From: an uncultured Acidobacteriaceae bacterium
GTDB lineage: Bacteria > Acidobacteriota > Terriglobia > Bryobacterales > Bryobacteraceae
DNA length: 64,000 bases
Reading direction: 5' to 3'
Assembly (NCBI GenBank): GCA_963846185.1
Contig: CAWJVA010000013.1
Location: 16,905-80,904 of the forward strand
Positions 61,365 through 64,000 of this stretch are shown here, one piece after another. Within the stretch, counting starts at the first letter, position 1. Each line of letters opens with the position of its first letter. The notes under the pieces were generated by a model. It worked only from the letters and a program-made list of their open reading frames with translations, searched no databases and was not told the origin of the DNA. A program made the position numbers and the translations under genes.

Positions 61365-62186
61365 ATGGAAGAAGTGGAAAACGCTGCGGAAGACCAGGCG
61401 TTGCTCGATGCCGTGGATGAGAGCGCAGGCGAGTTTTCAGAAGACGAGGTGGTCATCGCGGAGGCGGTTGTGGAGCCATCTCCAGTGGAACATTCGTCGA
61501 GCGTCCTGAAGGCAGTGATCGAGGCAGCCATATACATTACAGACGAGCCTTTGAGTGCGGAACAAATCGCAACGGCTATCGAACAACCTCTGGATACTGT
61601 GAAGCAGATCTTGAGCCAGCTGGTTGCCGAATATTCGGCGCCGGACCGGGGACTGTCGATTCGCGAGATTGCAGGCGGCTACAAGATGTCTACAAAGCCG
61701 GAGCATCACGAATCGATCCGCCGTTTCGTCAAGAAGCTTCAGGCGCCGCTGAAGCTTTCGCTTGCCGCACTCGAGACTCTCGCGGTGGTCGCGTATAAAC
61801 AGCCGATTACAGCGCCCGAAATTATGGAGGTGCGCGGCGTACAGGGCGCCGGTGTTTTAAAGACGCTGCTCGATCGGAAACTGATCGCTGCGGCCGGCCG
61901 CAAGAACGTACTGGGCAAGCCAATCCTTTACAAAACCACTCGCGAGTTCCTCATTCAGTTCGGATTGAATTCGCTTGCGGAACTGCCCACCTTGAAGGAG
62001 TTCGAGGAACTGGGGAGACTGGCGCTGACGGATTCGGAAGAGCTGCAGCAGCCGGCTTCGACCGAAGCGCCGGGAGCCGAGCCGGAAACATCGCCTGAGC
62101 AGTTGCCGCTCGCGACCGAAAATTCAGATCAGGCTGAACACCTCGACATGCCCGCACACGAGCAAACAGCCGCTCCCGATGCCTGA
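61365..62186 (+). CDS. scpB: segregation and condensation protein B
   Basis: Intact 273-aa ORF. Matching segments are LKAVIEAAIYITDEPLSAEQIA.., ..SLAALETLAVVAYKQPITAPEIMEVRGV... It has an acidic N-terminal extension and a C-terminal tail. Confidence 0.9.
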   Translation: MEEVENAAEDQALLDAVDESAGEFSEDEVVIAEAVVEPSPVEHSSSVLKAVIEAAIYITDEPLSAEQIATAIEQPLDTVKQILSQLVAEYSAPDRGLSIREIAGGYKMSTKPEHHESIRRFVKKLQAPLKLSLAALETLAVVAYKQPITAPEIMEVRGVQGAGVLKTLLDRKLIAAAGRKNVLGKPILYKTTREFLIQFGLNSLAELPTLKEFEELGRLALTDSEELQQPASTEAPGAEPETSPEQLPLATENSDQAEHLDMPAHEQTAAPDA

Positions 62187-62946
62187 GGAGCGCCTCCAGA
62201 AAATATTGGCGAATGCCGGCATCGCGAGCCGGCGCAAGGCGGAAGAACTGATCACCGCCGGGCGGGTGTCTGTCAACGGGAAAACGGTCGTCGAACTCGG
62301 TTCCAAAGCGGACATTTCGACCGACAGGATCAAAGTCGATGGCCGCGTACTCAGCGCTCCGCGACATCATCTGTATATCGCGCTTAACAAGCCGAAGAAT
62401 TGCGTTACCACCGTTCACGATCCGGAAGGGCGGCAAACGGTGATGTCTTTTTTCAAAGGTTTGCACGAACGAATCTATCCGGTGGGACGGCTCGACTACG
62501 CAAGTGAGGGGCTTCTTCTTCTGACCAATGACGGCGAGTTCGCGAATCATATGATGTCACCGGCAAGCCACATTCAAAAGACGTATCTCGTGAAAACGAA
62601 CGGCCCGCTGACGCCAGAGCAGGAAGAGGAGTTTCGGCACGGCATTCCAATGCACGGCCGGCGTACGGCTCCTGCGGGCCTGAAGCTCATTCGCAGAGGC
62701 GAGAATCCCTGGTATGAGGTGCGCTTGGTCGAGGGTCGTCAGAACCAGATCCGTATCATGTTCAAACATTTCGGCCGCTTGGTGGAGAAGCTGAAGCGCG
62801 TGAAGATCGGATTCCTGGAACTCGGCGATCTGAAGCCCGGCGCGTATCGCACGCTCACGAATACAGAGGTCGCGCGCTTTCGCAAACTCATGAAACTCGA
62901 TGAACCGGAAGCGGCACCTACGAAAGTCAAACATGCTGGACGATAA
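62179..62946 (+). CDS. rluB: RsuA/RluB-family pseudouridine synthase
   Basis: Intact 255-aa ORF. The S4 domain reads RLQKILANAGIASRRKAEELITAGRVSVNG and the catalytic motif is GRLDYASEGLLLLTNDGEF. It overlaps the scpB end by 8 nt. Confidence 0.85.
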   Translation: MPEERLQKILANAGIASRRKAEELITAGRVSVNGKTVVELGSKADISTDRIKVDGRVLSAPRHHLYIALNKPKNCVTTVHDPEGRQTVMSFFKGLHERIYPVGRLDYASEGLLLLTNDGEFANHMMSPASHIQKTYLVKTNGPLTPEQEEEFRHGIPMHGRRTAPAGLKLIRRGENPWYEVRLVEGRQNQIRIMFKHFGRLVEKLKRVKIGFLELGDLKPGAYRTLTNTEVARFRKLMKLDEPEAAPTKVKHAGR

Positions 62947-63338
62947 AGCCATTACCGAACTACTGCAGACATCGAAGATCATAGCCGTGATCGGCGCCTC
63001 CAATACCCCGGGGCGAGCAAGCCTTGGCGTCTCGCGCTTTCTGCAGAGGCATGGATACCGCGTCATACCCGTAAATCCAAATGAGAGGGAAGTTCTGGGT
63101 GAGCGCGCCTACGCGTCGCTTAAGAGATATTCCCGAACAGGTCGATATCGTCGACATCTTCCGGCGCCCGGCACGAGTGCCGGAGGTCGTGGACGACGCA
63201 GTCGAAAAAGGAGTTCGCTGCATCTGGATGCAGGAAGGCGTGGTGAGCCATGAGGGTGCGGCGAAAGCGGAAGCAGCAGGAATTCCAGTTGTCATGGACC
63301 GCTGCATCCTGAAGGAAATGGCTCGTTTGCTGCCGTAA
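62933..63338 (+). CDS. CoA-binding domain protein (YccU/YneT-like), one frame switch near 63110
   Basis: Fragment 62900-63253 from the Met at 62933 reads MLDDKAITELLQTSKIIAVIGASNTPGRASLGVSRFLQRHGYRVIPVNP. Fragment 63081-63338 reads IPEQVDIVDIFRRPARVPEVVDDAVEKGVRCIWMQEG. Confidence 0.8.
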
Positions 63339-63390
63339 AGACTTTGTTGGGCCTATTTCCCGCGGTTCGACCCCAAGCATATTATATTCC

Positions 63391-63420
63391 TTGACAAGTA
63401 TATGCGCTTTGGGGTATATA
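63391..63420 (+). promoter_or_regulatory. candidate sigma70-type promoter of the ArsR-family gene
   Basis: TTGACA (63391-63396), an 18-nt spacer, then TATATA (63415-63420). The first in-frame GTG (63427) lies 7 nt after the -10, so the transcript may be leaderless. The imperfect inverted repeat aagcatat/atatgcgctt (63375-63409) brackets the -35. Confidence 0.4.
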
Positions 63421-63426
63421 AAGAGT

Positions 63427-63786
63427 GTGGAATCCGTGTTCGAAATCATTGCGGAGCCGAACCGCCGCGCAATATTGAGCCTCCTGGTCTCGTCACAACA
63501 GTCGGTGGGGGAGATCGAGCGTCAGCTTCGTATGCCGCAGCCGACCGTGTCAAAGCACCTGCGAGTGCTGCGTCAGGCCGGTTTCGTAGAGTCCACGGTG
63601 GACGCGCAACGCCGTCTGTACCGGCTAAAACCTGAACCGCTTCAGGAGGTCGATGCGTGGCTGGCTCCGTTTCGCCGGTTCTGGTCCGCTCACGTGGATG
63701 CTCTCGAACGCCACCTCGACCGCATGGATCAATCCACAGTTACGAAAAGTAGGCGAACGAAAAGGAAGACGAGGAGGAAAAGATGA
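63427..63786 (+). CDS. ArsR/SmtB-family transcriptional regulator
   Basis: The wHTH reads FEIIAEPNRRAILSLLVSSQQSVGEIERQLRMPQPTVSKHLRVLRQAGFV. The start is taken at GTG 63427 (or 63436). The ORF-track TTG start (63391) coincides with the -35 box. Confidence 0.85.
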   Translation: MESVFEIIAEPNRRAILSLLVSSQQSVGEIERQLRMPQPTVSKHLRVLRQAGFVESTVDAQRRLYRLKPEPLQEVDAWLAPFRRFWSAHVDALERHLDRMDQSTVTKSRRTKRKTRRKR

Positions 63787-64000
63787 TCTATCGCGATCAG
63801 TACACACCGGGTCCGGCCAGCGGAGCGCAGGTACGGAAGGATGGAGAAAAGTGGACGCTCATTCTGGTCAGAGAACTGCGCCACTCGCCGGAAAAAGTCT
63901 GGCAGGCGCTAACCGACCCGGCGCATATACGCGAGTGGGCGCCCTTTGAGGTCGATGGCAACCTGGGTACGGCTGGAAGTACGGTGAAGCTCACCTGGAC
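63783..64000 (+). CDS. SRPBCC/AHSA1-family protein, N-terminal part (runs off the right edge)
   Basis: ATG 63783 overlaps the ArsR stop (ATGA). The product MIYRDQYTPGPASGAQVRKDGEKWTLILVRELRHSPEKVWQALTDPAHIREWAPFEV.. matches the usual ArsR plus AHSA1-like pairing. Confidence 0.7.
   Translation, partial: MIYRDQYTPGPASGAQVRKDGEKWTLILVRELRHSPEKVWQALTDPAHIREWAPFEVDGNLGTAGSTVKLTW

Overview
GC-rich bacterial chromosomal segment. The gene content points to Acidobacteriota: a PadR regulator next to an ~880-aa duplicated FtsX-type ADOP permease, a phosphoketolase/acetate kinase pair, and many secreted propeller and glycosidase proteins. This is inference; no search was run. I count about 55 protein genes and two tRNAs (Ser-CGA, Glu-CUC). 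I saw no rRNA, CRISPR array, transposase or integrase. Recognisable housekeeping blocks are htrA-like, murJ, xfp-ackA, recN, a complete tolQ-tolR-tolA-tolB-pal-ybgF cluster, carD, lpdA-lipB-E2, coaD, an aminotransferase, and scpA-scpB-rluB. The main find is a tightly coupled five-gene minus-strand operon at 29645-34969. It encodes a small 3-TM protein, a canonical TIR protein, a stand-alone SLOG/LOG-like protein, a membrane-anchored ABC/SMC-type ATPase with a coiled-coil tail, and a second divergent TIR-like protein. It reads like a Thoeris-related nucleotide-signalling conflict system, but I cannot match the architecture to any named system. One caveat: two blocks (about 1.7-11.2 kb and 19.1-27.9 kb) are full of frame breaks inside conserved, partly essential genes. 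I report those genes as single frame-disrupted CDSs and suspect sequence or assembly indels rather than true pseudogenes. Coordinates of frame-broken genes and of non-ORF features are hand-derived and may be off by a few nt.
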